DNA of 63,165 nucleotides. It comes from Psammoneis japonica (taxonomy: Eukaryota). The first letter of the stretch is position 1. Every line of letters begins with the position of its first letter. Made by a program: the position numbers and the translations under genes. Positions 1-8,962 of this stretch are shown here, in pieces. The notes below the pieces were generated by a model, which was not told where the DNA came from, ran no database searches, and saw nothing but the letters and a program-made list of their open reading frames with translations. The stretch lies in contig QPGO01000205.1 of NCBI GenBank assembly GCA_008632985.1, forward strand, positions 62,001 to 125,165, written 5' to 3'.

Positions 1-387
1 AAATGTGACATCTGTAAAAATCTACATGCAAGCAGACACGTGTGTTTCTCACTGGATTGTTCTTTCTCGGGAAAGGCGCGTCATGCCATTTCGCACACTT
101 GCACATCTGATCCGCACTGTAGCTTCTGCTGTACGCAGTCTAGTGAAGAGACTGGTGTGTTCCCTGCTGAATGTCACAGAGCGCTCAAGAAGCACGAAGC
201 GCAACAGAAGACAACACAAAACCGACCGCATCTTCTTTCACGACGACGCTATCGATATAAACCATGTTGTTTGCCAAAGAGGTTTTACCTTCCTTTGACT
301 CTTGGAAACGTGATTTTGCACGCTCAGAGCATGTGAGCAAGACAACGTCTTATCATGCTGCGGTGATTATTTCGCACGATGTCTTCC

Positions 388-621
388 AGTCACGACTCAA
401 CGTCATTCTGGTTGCATCTCACGACTGCAACCCAGACTCAGATTTTCTCTTCGAAATAATTGGCTCATCACAAAATCGATTCAAACAGAAGCAACGACAT
501 TCGTCATAATTTCTAGACAACGACTTTCAACAAGCGTCTGTTTACCTCTGTCGCTGTTCACATTGCTGCCAACCTCCGAGGTCTTGTCCATCCTACTCAG
601 CTGTGGGACTGTATCTCGACT
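388..621 (+). repeat. 5' LTR of Copia-1 (termini AGTC...GACT)
   Basis: Matches 7396-7629 with 8 transition mismatches; followed by PBS-like GGTTGTAGAGACC. Confidence 0.95.
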
Positions 622-783
622 GGTTGTAGAGACCAATTTACGCGTTGACGAGAGCTCCTGACCGAGTCATCGTCACGGACGCTTTCGGTTTTTGATTTTG
701 AAGCAAACCCGGGAAATGGCTGAGTCTCTCTTGCTTCTCTCATCTTCACTCTAACAAGAACCTCCCATGCTGCACTCTCCATC

Positions 784-3700
784 ATGGCTGCCATCGATCC
801 AGATGTTCTGGCGAAGGCGTTTGCCGATGCAATGGCCGCCAACGCCGCGGCGACCACTCCTCCGGCTCCAACCAAGCCGTTGCGTGGTGGAATTCACCCA
901 ACCCACGGGGTTTACATTGGTGGTTCCAAACTCAACAACAACTGCGAACAATCCAACGATAGAACCTGCCGATTCGCCTCTCAGCGCCGTCATCCCAAGG
1001 CTCTCGACTCGATAGAACGATCTCTCCGCGATCAACAAGCTTCCGCAATGACTTCCAAGTTCAACGGTCGACTTGAGATTTCGGACGGTCCCATCAACGA
1101 GCTTGACAAGGACCATTTCGTCAAGACTGTTCGAGATCTAGTAGAAGCCCACGGTCAGCAGACGTTCTACCATGTCAAGGACAGCGACGACAAGGTTCAA
1201 CATATCTTCGACCATCTTCACGAGTTCACTGTGACCGATCTCGTGAACGAGTACACGGTTGGGAAAACAGCTGCCGATGACACCAAGTACGACGAGATCG
1301 AGCTCGACGACATCGGGCTCTCTCAACTTCTCGTTCACTCAAGAATCACTAATGCCTTTCGCGAGAAAATCGAGACCAAGTTCAACCATCTTTCGGACTG
1401 CCAAGACTACCCTGGATCTGTTCTCTTCATGATGGCTCTCGACACTTGCAATGCTAGCGCTCTAACGGACATTGAGACGGCTAAGAAGCAGCTAGAAGAC
1501 CTTAGTTTGGTCAACTGTCCCGGCGAGGATTGCACGGACTTTGCTGCCGAAGCTCTTTGCATCGTGAAAATTGTGCAGACCGACTGCGCGCTTCCGGCAA
1601 ACACAAGCTCCAAGCTGCTCCACAAGATCTCCTCCACGTCCTCTGAATGCTTCAATCGCCGAGTCTACAACAAGCTCGACGACGTCAAGGCTATGGAACG
1701 CAAGTGCCGCCTCAAGAATCCTGCTGACATCGTGTCCGATAGCGATTGCAGAACGCTCGGACCAGTCGGCATCATTGCGTGGATTCAAGAGCAACACAAC
1801 GAACTCGTGAAGGATGGGGAATGGCCTGCATTAGTCGCCAAGCTACCCGAGAGCAATCTTTCGACTACGGATGACCCTGGGAAGACGAAGCACTGTTATG
1901 GTTGCGGTCTCGAGGGGTGCACCAAGAAGACGTGTCCGAAGTGCAACGCCAAACCGCCGCGCGACGATCCTCCTCCCAATCCGCCGCCTGCAGCCGACCC
2001 TTCCAAGAAGAAGAGGCGACCCATCGCTGCCTGGCGTGCTAAATTTGACGGAGAAACGAAGAAGGACAAGAATGGCAAGGAATGGAAGTGGTGTGCCACG
2101 TGCAAGGCGAAGGGTGCCGACAAACCTGGAATCTGCCAGCAGCACTCTACCGCGGAACATACCGACGACCGCAGGCAACCTCCCAAGGAGACCCCAGCAG
2201 GGAATTTGTCTTCCGTTGCTGATCCGGATGGTGGCGTGCCCATGGGTCTGCCCGCTCAGACTGCCAAGGAACCAGAGGGAGACGAATCCGACCCCAACGA
2301 GTTGGTTTTCACGGGAATGTGGTGCGCGGCTACGGATCCCGTTACCGACCCGGATTTCTGTTCCGCCCCTGTCACCACTGCAATTATTGTTACTCCGGCT
2401 TCTTTGGCCGAGAGGGAGAGCGACACAGTCATTAGCACTGAGGTGGTTTGCATCGAAACGAGCCCACCTGTACTCACCTCAGTCGTGGATCCAGTCGTGT
2501 CTCCCATCGTGGTTGAGACTGTCACTCCCGAAGACGCCGATGACTTCTACGAATGCTCCGACGCTTTCTCTACCTTTGAAAACGAACCACCGGCTATTGA
2601 GTTGTTTCCGGCCTCGAAGCTGTACTCCATCAAGCATCCAGATGAGTTCTTTGACGCTCCCGCACATTTGACGGATGTGCTGTCAGACGACACCAAGTTA
2701 GATCTCATCCTTGAACACGACGTACACTTTGAAGACGCATGCTGCGACTCACCTCCGTGTGTTGCGCATCGTGGCTTCGATTTCTACGATCCAGAGGTCC
2801 TGGATGCGGATGATTGTCACGAGGACGTCGAAGACAAGCCCACTTCGCGTCGCTCACTCTTGGGTCGAGTCAAGCTATTCACATTCTGGCTCGCCGCCAT
2901 GTTTTGGGAAACGGTGCTACATCTTTGCTTTGCTCCGATCCCATGTGTCCCTCGAGCTCTTCGCCGCCAGCGCAAACTCCCAACTTTGCACGGGTTTCCA
3001 GCCTCCTGGATGGTCCTGTCCGTTGCAGTGATGGCATGGTCAGCAGTTTACGCCGGTCAACAGCCCGAGCATCCATTCTCGAACGCACCAAGTCGTTTTT
3101 CGACCGCTGGCTCTCAAGTCTACCACATTGTGGAAGAGCTAGATGACCGGATAGTGTTAGATACGGGGTCACTGTTCGAATGTCACAGGATCAAAGGCAC
3201 GCAAGCACTCACCGAGTTTGTCGCGCGAAATCCGTCACACGCACTGAGCACTCGTCTCAAGGACTACTGGGAGAGCCTAGAAGTAGCTGAATGGTCTGAT
3301 GCGATAGACGAATCAGCCTTCTTTGACACCTGTGAGGAACTGGAACCTCTCGACGACCAGAAGCATTTCTTTGACGCTCTTGAGGACTTCAGCCCGGATT
3401 TCTTCCGGATTGACGAGCTCTGTCTGCCGCATCACATCGTGGACACTGCCCATTTTCAAGATCCTGTGGAACTGTTGGAGGAAGCAAGTGTTAGACCAGT
3501 CGTCTATAATGCCTCCACCATCCAACTGCTCACCGGACAATCACAAGCCGACCTCCTTGCATCCGATCCGCAGGCACTCATCGGTCTGTCGGACGAGGCT
3601 CTCACGGTCGTCATGGATGCTGGTGCCACGTTAGCCATTGCCCCCGATAAAGATGATTTTACGGGGCCTGTGACTGTTCCCAAGAAACCCTTGCAGATCA

Positions 3701-6700
3701 ATGGGATTGCCAACGGTCTTGCCATCCAGGGCACCGGTCCGGTTGCGTGGGTGTTCACAACGCCGAGTGGGGCTACCATCCAACTGAACACCATGGCATG
3801 CTGCGTCCCTGGAGCCCGTCAGCTCCTGCTGTCGCCTCAACGCCTCTTCAACGAAGAGAAGGGGGTACGTGGGAAGTGTGAGGGCGATGAAACCACTTTC
3901 CGTTTACATGTTGACGGGATGGGCAAGTTGGTTGTGTCATGTCATCCATCAAGCCACTCACCTGTTGCGTCGATGACCAAGGGCGCATCTGCCGCTCCTC
4001 AAGTGAACCTTCAGATCCTTAACGAGGAGAATCAAAACCTCACGGCAGGCCAAAAGCTTCTTCTCGAAATGCACGCCCGTTTTGGCCATTTGAACTTTGG
4101 TCGCATCCAAGCACTTCTCCGCGCAGTTCCGTTCCTTTCGAACCGTTTCAAGTCCGCAGCGAAGTGTGACCACCCAAGATGCGAGGCATGCGAACATGCT
4201 AAAGGTCATAGACGCTCTCTTGGATCTACTCACAAGTCGACAGTCCCTGAACACGACGGGGCCCTTCGAGCTGACCATCTTCGACCGGGTCAGGCTGTCA
4301 GCGTTGATCATTTTGAGTCGCGCCTTTTAGGCCGCACCTTCGACTCTTGTGGCACAGCCACGTCCAAGCAATTCAAGGGCGGTTGCATCTTTGTCGACCA
4401 CGCCTCTGGCTATGTCCAGGTCGAGCACCAACTGGGTTTCTCCGCTGTTGAGACGATCCGTGCGAAGCAAGCGTTTGAGAAACATGCTTTGGACCACGGG
4501 GTCATCGTCCAAGAATTTCTTACCGACAGTGGCGCTTTCAAGGCCAACGCTTTTGTACAACACACACGAGAACATGAACAACGTCTCCGTTTTTGTGGAA
4601 CCAATGCCCATCATCAGAACGGCGTCGCAGAGCGGGGCATCCGCAGCATCTCCAACATGGCGAGAGCGATGTTGCTTCATGCATCAATCCACTGGAAAGG
4701 GGGAATTGACAGCTCCCCATGGCCCATGGCAGTTTCTTGCGCCACGTGCATCTACAATGTCACCCCAAATTCCAAAGGACATTGCCCAGCGGACATTTTC
4801 GCCGGTTCGACAGTGCCAAGACATCGGTTGCGCGACATTCACACATGGGGATGTCCAGCGTACGTACTTGACCTGACCCTCGCTTCCGGGAAGAAGCTCC
4901 CGCGTTGGGAGCCTCGCACTCGTCGCGCTTTGTTCGTGGGACTCAGTGCCATCCATTCCAGTGAGGTTCCTTTGGTCCTCAATCTTCAAACTGGAAGTGT
5001 TGCACCTCAGTGTCATGTGGTCTTTGACGATCTCTTCACTGCCGTGCCATCAATCGAGAGGGAGACGGATCCACCTGATCACTGGGAACACTTGTGCCTC
5101 AACCAATCGATGTGCATCCCTCTGGAGAAGGATCAGGCAGTTCATTTACATGATGAGTGGCTTACCCCTCCAGAGCGTCAATGTAAAGAACGAGAACTAG
5201 CCAGAGCAACACGCATTCGCGGGCATTTTGAGCCTGCTCCATCGATTGCTGTGCCGGATTCACCCACTTCTCGCGACGACGTTGCCGATCGAGTCGCACC
5301 TGCGACTCAGCAGCCAACGCCACCAGTCCCACCTGCGACTCAAACTCCTGCAGACTCTACGGACTCTACGCCAATTCAGCCACCTGAACCTCAAGATGGT
5401 AACGGACTTCCGCCACCCGAAGCGCCGACGGAACCAACAGCTCCTCCCCCAGTCGAGACACCTCCTGTGACGAATCCAGAGGGAGCACCAGGGCTGCGAC
5501 GGTCTTCACGGTCAACCAAGGGACAGTTCAACTCTACCAAGTTTGTAGATGAGGTCTGCTTCAGCTCCGTCGAGGAAATGCCGCTGCCGATCGGACACGA
5601 GGCTCAACCAGCATATCTGGCGACTCTCGAGACGGATTTGGACAGTGGTGCCATCAATGTCGGCAATCCACGAGCCTGCGCAGCTAGCAAGAAAACCAAG
5701 GACCCTGACATGCCTTTGTTGCACAATGCTCTGAAAGGTCCGGACTCCGACGAATGGATCAAGGCAATGAAAATTGAAGTCAACGCACTCACACATCGTC
5801 GAGCCTGGAAAGCAGTCGAGCGTCAGCCGCACATGAATGTACTTCCAGGCACATGGGCACTAAAGCTCAAGAGACTCCCAGATGGAACCCCTCTCAAGTA
5901 CAAGGCCCGATGCTGCGTCCACGGTGATTTGCAGAAAGAAGGAGTCGACTGCTTCGAAACCTGCGCGCCGGTTGTGCAATGGTCCAGTGTCCGACTCATG
6001 CTCACTGCGGCATTAAAGGAGGGATGGACTGCACGACAGGCGGACTGTGCCACAGCCTTTTGCCAAGCTGACATCGCCGAGGAAGTTTGTGTAACACCGC
6101 CGAAGGGATTTGCGCCAAGGTCGGGACTCAATGTGGTTCTCAAACTTTTGAAAGGACCACACGGCCTAAAACAGTCTCCCAAGGGCTTCTACGAGAAGTT
6201 ACGAGCTGGTTTAACCAAGCGCGGATGGGCACCTTCAGCCATAGATCCCTGTTTGTATTTCAAAGAGGGCATGATGTGTGTGGTGCACGTCGACGACACC
6301 GTTTTTGCTGGAGCTTCAGCTGAAGCTCTAGAAGCCGAAATTCGCAAGTTAGGAGTCTCCGACGACGAACATCGCCACGCATTTGAACTTAGAGACGAAG
6401 GAGAAGTCGGCAACTTTCTCGGTGTCAAGATCGAAAAGCTCTCCGAGGGTCGATTTCTACTCACTCAACCCGGTCTAATTGACAAGGTCCTACGCACCGC
6501 ACAGATGCAGGATTGCAATGGAGCATCTACTCCAGCTCTACCTACGGCTGTTGGTGCCGACACGGACGGCCCACCTTTTGATGAACCCTGCGATTGTCGC
6601 TCAGTTGTTGGAATGTTGATGCACTTGGCAGCGAACAGCCGGCCAGACATTGCATGTGCCACACATCAAGCAGCTCGATTCTCATTTGCACCCCGAGCGT

Positions 6701-7467
6701 CCCACGCTGCTGCAGTGAAGCGGATGCTCCGATGCCTCAAAGCAACTGCTGCTGAAGGTCTCATTCTCAAGCCTGCGCAAGATCATCGAGTTGATTGTTA
6801 CGTCGATTCTGACTTCGCGGGGTTATTTGGTGTGGAAGATGGTCAAGACCCAGTTTCTGTCAAGTCCAGGACTGGACACCTCATCTGCTGCGCCGGCTGC
6901 CCGCTTGTCTGGGTGTCCAAGCTACAGACTCTTGCAGCATTGTCGACTATGGAAGCGGAATATGTTGCACTTTCTCAAGCTGTGCGCGATCTCATCCCTG
7001 TTCGTGAAGTTCTCAAGGAGCTCAACCACCACGCATTCGGAAAGTCTGACCGCCAAAACCCAATCACGACTCACTCCAAGGCTTTTGAGCTCGCAACCCA
7101 AGGCACCGATGACTCGCCTGTAGAGCAGAATGTCCCGCCTGCGTCCGTTGTGTACGAAGATAACTCCGCGTGCCTCAAGTTCGCACGCATGCCCAAGTTG
7201 TCTCCGCGAACCAAACGCATCGGCATCCCGCACCACTGGTTTAGGACTAAAGTCGAACAATTGGAGATCGACATCCAACCTGTCAGCACTCTAGAGCAAC
7301 TAGCCGATCAGTTCACGAAGGGACTACGGACCGATGCGTTCCGCACGGCTAGAAAGGCTCTTGTGGGCTGGCAAGCTCTCTCGGTTGAGAGGGAGAGTCA
7401 CGACTCAACGTCATTCTGGTCGCATCTCACGACTGCAACCCAGACTCAGATTTTCTCTTCGAAATAA
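784..7467 (+). CDS. Gag-Pol polyprotein: open ORF but probably inactivated by missense changes
   Basis: Zn-knuckle CYGC..C..C; protease MDAGA; HARFGH..C..C; integrase core; RT KARCCVHGD/KGPHGLKQ/VVHVDD; RNase H YVDSDFAG/STMEAEY/QLADQFTK. Probable original stop at 7372-7374 now reads CAA. Confidence 0.93.
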   Translation: MAAIDPDVLAKAFADAMAANAAATTPPAPTKPLRGGIHPTHGVYIGGSKLNNNCEQSNDRTCRFASQRRHPKALDSIERSLRDQQASAMTSKFNGRLEISDGPINELDKDHFVKTVRDLVEAHGQQTFYHVKDSDDKVQHIFDHLHEFTVTDLVNEYTVGKTAADDTKYDEIELDDIGLSQLLVHSRITNAFREKIETKFNHLSDCQDYPGSVLFMMALDTCNASALTDIETAKKQLEDLSLVNCPGEDCTDFAAEALCIVKIVQTDCALPANTSSKLLHKISSTSSECFNRRVYNKLDDVKAMERKCRLKNPADIVSDSDCRTLGPVGIIAWIQEQHNELVKDGEWPALVAKLPESNLSTTDDPGKTKHCYGCGLEGCTKKTCPKCNAKPPRDDPPPNPPPAADPSKKKRRPIAAWRAKFDGETKKDKNGKEWKWCATCKAKGADKPGICQQHSTAEHTDDRRQPPKETPAGNLSSVADPDGGVPMGLPAQTAKEPEGDESDPNELVFTGMWCAATDPVTDPDFCSAPVTTAIIVTPASLAERESDTVISTEVVCIETSPPVLTSVVDPVVSPIVVETVTPEDADDFYECSDAFSTFENEPPAIELFPASKLYSIKHPDEFFDAPAHLTDVLSDDTKLDLILEHDVHFEDACCDSPPCVAHRGFDFYDPEVLDADDCHEDVEDKPTSRRSLLGRVKLFTFWLAAMFWETVLHLCFAPIPCVPRALRRQRKLPTLHGFPASWMVLSVAVMAWSAVYAGQQPEHPFSNAPSRFSTAGSQVYHIVEELDDRIVLDTGSLFECHRIKGTQALTEFVARNPSHALSTRLKDYWESLEVAEWSDAIDESAFFDTCEELEPLDDQKHFFDALEDFSPDFFRIDELCLPHHIVDTAHFQDPVELLEEASVRPVVYNASTIQLLTGQSQADLLASDPQALIGLSDEALTVVMDAGATLAIAPDKDDFTGPVTVPKKPLQINGIANGLAIQGTGPVAWVFTTPSGATIQLNTMACCVPGARQLLLSPQRLFNEEKGVRGKCEGDETTFRLHVDGMGKLVVSCHPSSHSPVASMTKGASAAPQVNLQILNEENQNLTAGQKLLLEMHARFGHLNFGRIQALLRAVPFLSNRFKSAAKCDHPRCEACEHAKGHRRSLGSTHKSTVPEHDGALRADHLRPGQAVSVDHFESRLLGRTFDSCGTATSKQFKGGCIFVDHASGYVQVEHQLGFSAVETIRAKQAFEKHALDHGVIVQEFLTDSGAFKANAFVQHTREHEQRLRFCGTNAHHQNGVAERGIRSISNMARAMLLHASIHWKGGIDSSPWPMAVSCATCIYNVTPNSKGHCPADIFAGSTVPRHRLRDIHTWGCPAYVLDLTLASGKKLPRWEPRTRRALFVGLSAIHSSEVPLVLNLQTGSVAPQCHVVFDDLFTAVPSIERETDPPDHWEHLCLNQSMCIPLEKDQAVHLHDEWLTPPERQCKERELARATRIRGHFEPAPSIAVPDSPTSRDDVADRVAPATQQPTPPVPPATQTPADSTDSTPIQPPEPQDGNGLPPPEAPTEPTAPPPVETPPVTNPEGAPGLRRSSRSTKGQFNSTKFVDEVCFSSVEEMPLPIGHEAQPAYLATLETDLDSGAINVGNPRACAASKKTKDPDMPLLHNALKGPDSDEWIKAMKIEVNALTHRRAWKAVERQPHMNVLPGTWALKLKRLPDGTPLKYKARCCVHGDLQKEGVDCFETCAPVVQWSSVRLMLTAALKEGWTARQADCATAFCQADIAEEVCVTPPKGFAPRSGLNVVLKLLKGPHGLKQSPKGFYEKLRAGLTKRGWAPSAIDPCLYFKEGMMCVVHVDDTVFAGASAEALEAEIRKLGVSDDEHRHAFELRDEGEVGNFLGVKIEKLSEGRFLLTQPGLIDKVLRTAQMQDCNGASTPALPTAVGADTDGPPFDEPCDCRSVVGMLMHLAANSRPDIACATHQAARFSFAPRASHAAAVKRMLRCLKATAAEGLILKPAQDHRVDCYVDSDFAGLFGVEDGQDPVSVKSRTGHLICCAGCPLVWVSKLQTLAALSTMEAEYVALSQAVRDLIPVREVLKELNHHAFGKSDRQNPITTHSKAFELATQGTDDSPVEQNVPPASVVYEDNSACLKFARMPKLSPRTKRIGIPHHWFRTKVEQLEIDIQPVSTLEQLADQFTKGLRTDAFRTARKALVGWQALSVERESHDSTSFWSHLTTATQTQIFSSK
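7387..7395 (+). other. Polypurine tract of Copia-1
   Basis: GAGAGGGAG abutting the 3' LTR. Confidence 0.8.
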
Positions 7468-7629
7468 TTAGCTCATCACAAAATCGATTCAAACAGAAGC
7501 AACGACATTCGTCATAATTTCTAGACAACGACTTTCAACAAGCGTCTGTTTACCTCTGTCGCCACTCACATTGCTGCCAACCTCCGAGGTCTTATCCATC
7601 CTACTCAGCTGTAGGACTGCATCTCGACT
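7396..7629 (+). repeat. 3' LTR of Copia-1
   Basis: Direct repeat of 388-621. Confidence 0.95.
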
Positions 7630-8077
7630 CTTCCCAGACGACGATCCGCATGTTGAGAAGATTCGCTCCTTGGCAGAAAAAGATCGAAAGTTCTGTCAAT
7701 GTCTACAGGACGATGAGCATCTCCGCACCAAGTTCACCAACTGCCATGAAGATAGTCACGAGTCGCCGACAGAACGCGCTCTTCGAAATTTCATCTACGA
7801 ATCCATGACGGAACGAGTTGATCTCGCATTGACGCAGAAGGCACTTCTTGGCAAGTACTTTCAGTTGCTCAGTGAGAATGACAAGGTCTCACTCCATGGT
7901 CTAGTGGACAATGAACTTGGTTACATGCCTCAGCATTTGCGACGTGACATGAAGAACTACGAAAAGGTCAGTCGCATGGCAATGGGTAACATAGTTTCTT
8001 GGAACTACTTCACCATGGACGAACACGAGGCGAAACACCCAACCCACCCAACGACGCCTTACATGTTTGATGATTGA
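7630..8077 (+). pseudogene. 3' part of a hypothetical gene interrupted by Copia-1 (5' part about 264-387); paralog of 23799-24362
   Basis: Joining the flanks restores ...HDVFPDDDPHVEKIRS...PYMFDD, collinear with the uninterrupted copy. Confidence 0.6.
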
Positions 8078-8962
8078 AGAACGCATGCCATGATTGCGTA
8101 GAATTTTGATGTTGAGCCAAGCTTTCCCCATTGTTCCGAATGAGATCGAGCTAGCGGATCCTTTTTTGCAAATGCTCTCTCGCACCCATGCTGATGCCGC
8201 GTAGAATGTAGGATGGACAAAGCTCTAGATGTGTTGCGTGTATGTCTCTTTTCTCTTTCCGAGCAGCAAGTGCTAAATTGAGATTGGCATCGTGATCAAA
8301 CAGACTACACACAGCATCGTTCACAATGGCAGCAGCAGTCGCAATGGCAACAATGGCAGCAATGAACGCAACAGTAAAAACAGAATTAGAAGTCGCAATG
8401 GTAACAAAAGCAGCAGCAGTCGCAACAGTGACAACCGTCGCAACGCAATGGTCTCATTCGTTTGAGGAAATCGAATAGAGCACAAGCTCACTACGCGCTC
8501 TTGTGGCTCAGAGCAGGCCTGCGTAGGTTTTCTACTGGGATTAACTCGACTGACCTGGCTCTTGACGCCAAAGCACGACAAAACAACACGTGAATCCTTT
8601 GCCGTCGTTCATTTGTCAACCACGAAGAATTACCCAAGCCAATGAGACACATATGATCCGCAAGTGCCTCATTGACATAGCTGTACCCAAATGGCTTGGT
8701 AACTGTTCCGGGTGGGCCCGAACTCGTTCGACGGAACGTGTCATCGTGGTGGTGTCGCGCGCCAAAAATCGGTGGTTTGCAAGATCCAGCTTGAGATGAC
8801 TTGATAAAACAGGTTGTGAGAGAACCGAGAAGAGACCCGATCAGTGCAATCACTGATCGGAACTGACTTCTAACGGCTTCTTGAATGTCCAATGCGTTGG
8901 TTAACACACATGTGTCAGAGAGGGCACACTCGGTCACAAAGCACATGTGCCTGTCTCACCCA

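Larger units (their letters stand above)
388..7629 (+). mobile_element. Ty1/Copia LTR retrotransposon (Copia-1, CoDi-like), full length, least mutated LTR element in the window
   Basis: 234-bp direct repeats at 388-621 and 7396-7629; 5-bp TSD CTTCC at 383-387 and 7630-7634; empty site visible in the paralog near 23911-23935; gag-PR-IN-RT-RH domain order. Confidence 0.97.

Noticed and set aside
784..7467. Alternative genetic code or ADAR editing of the RNA intermediate
   Set aside because: Codons differ between paralogs and non-coding LTRs are affected; both strands are hit and the LTRs differ from each other
8321..8581. Leu-rich minus-strand ORF as a signal peptide or membrane protein
   Set aside because: Derives from a low-complexity AGC/AAT tract; no further coding support
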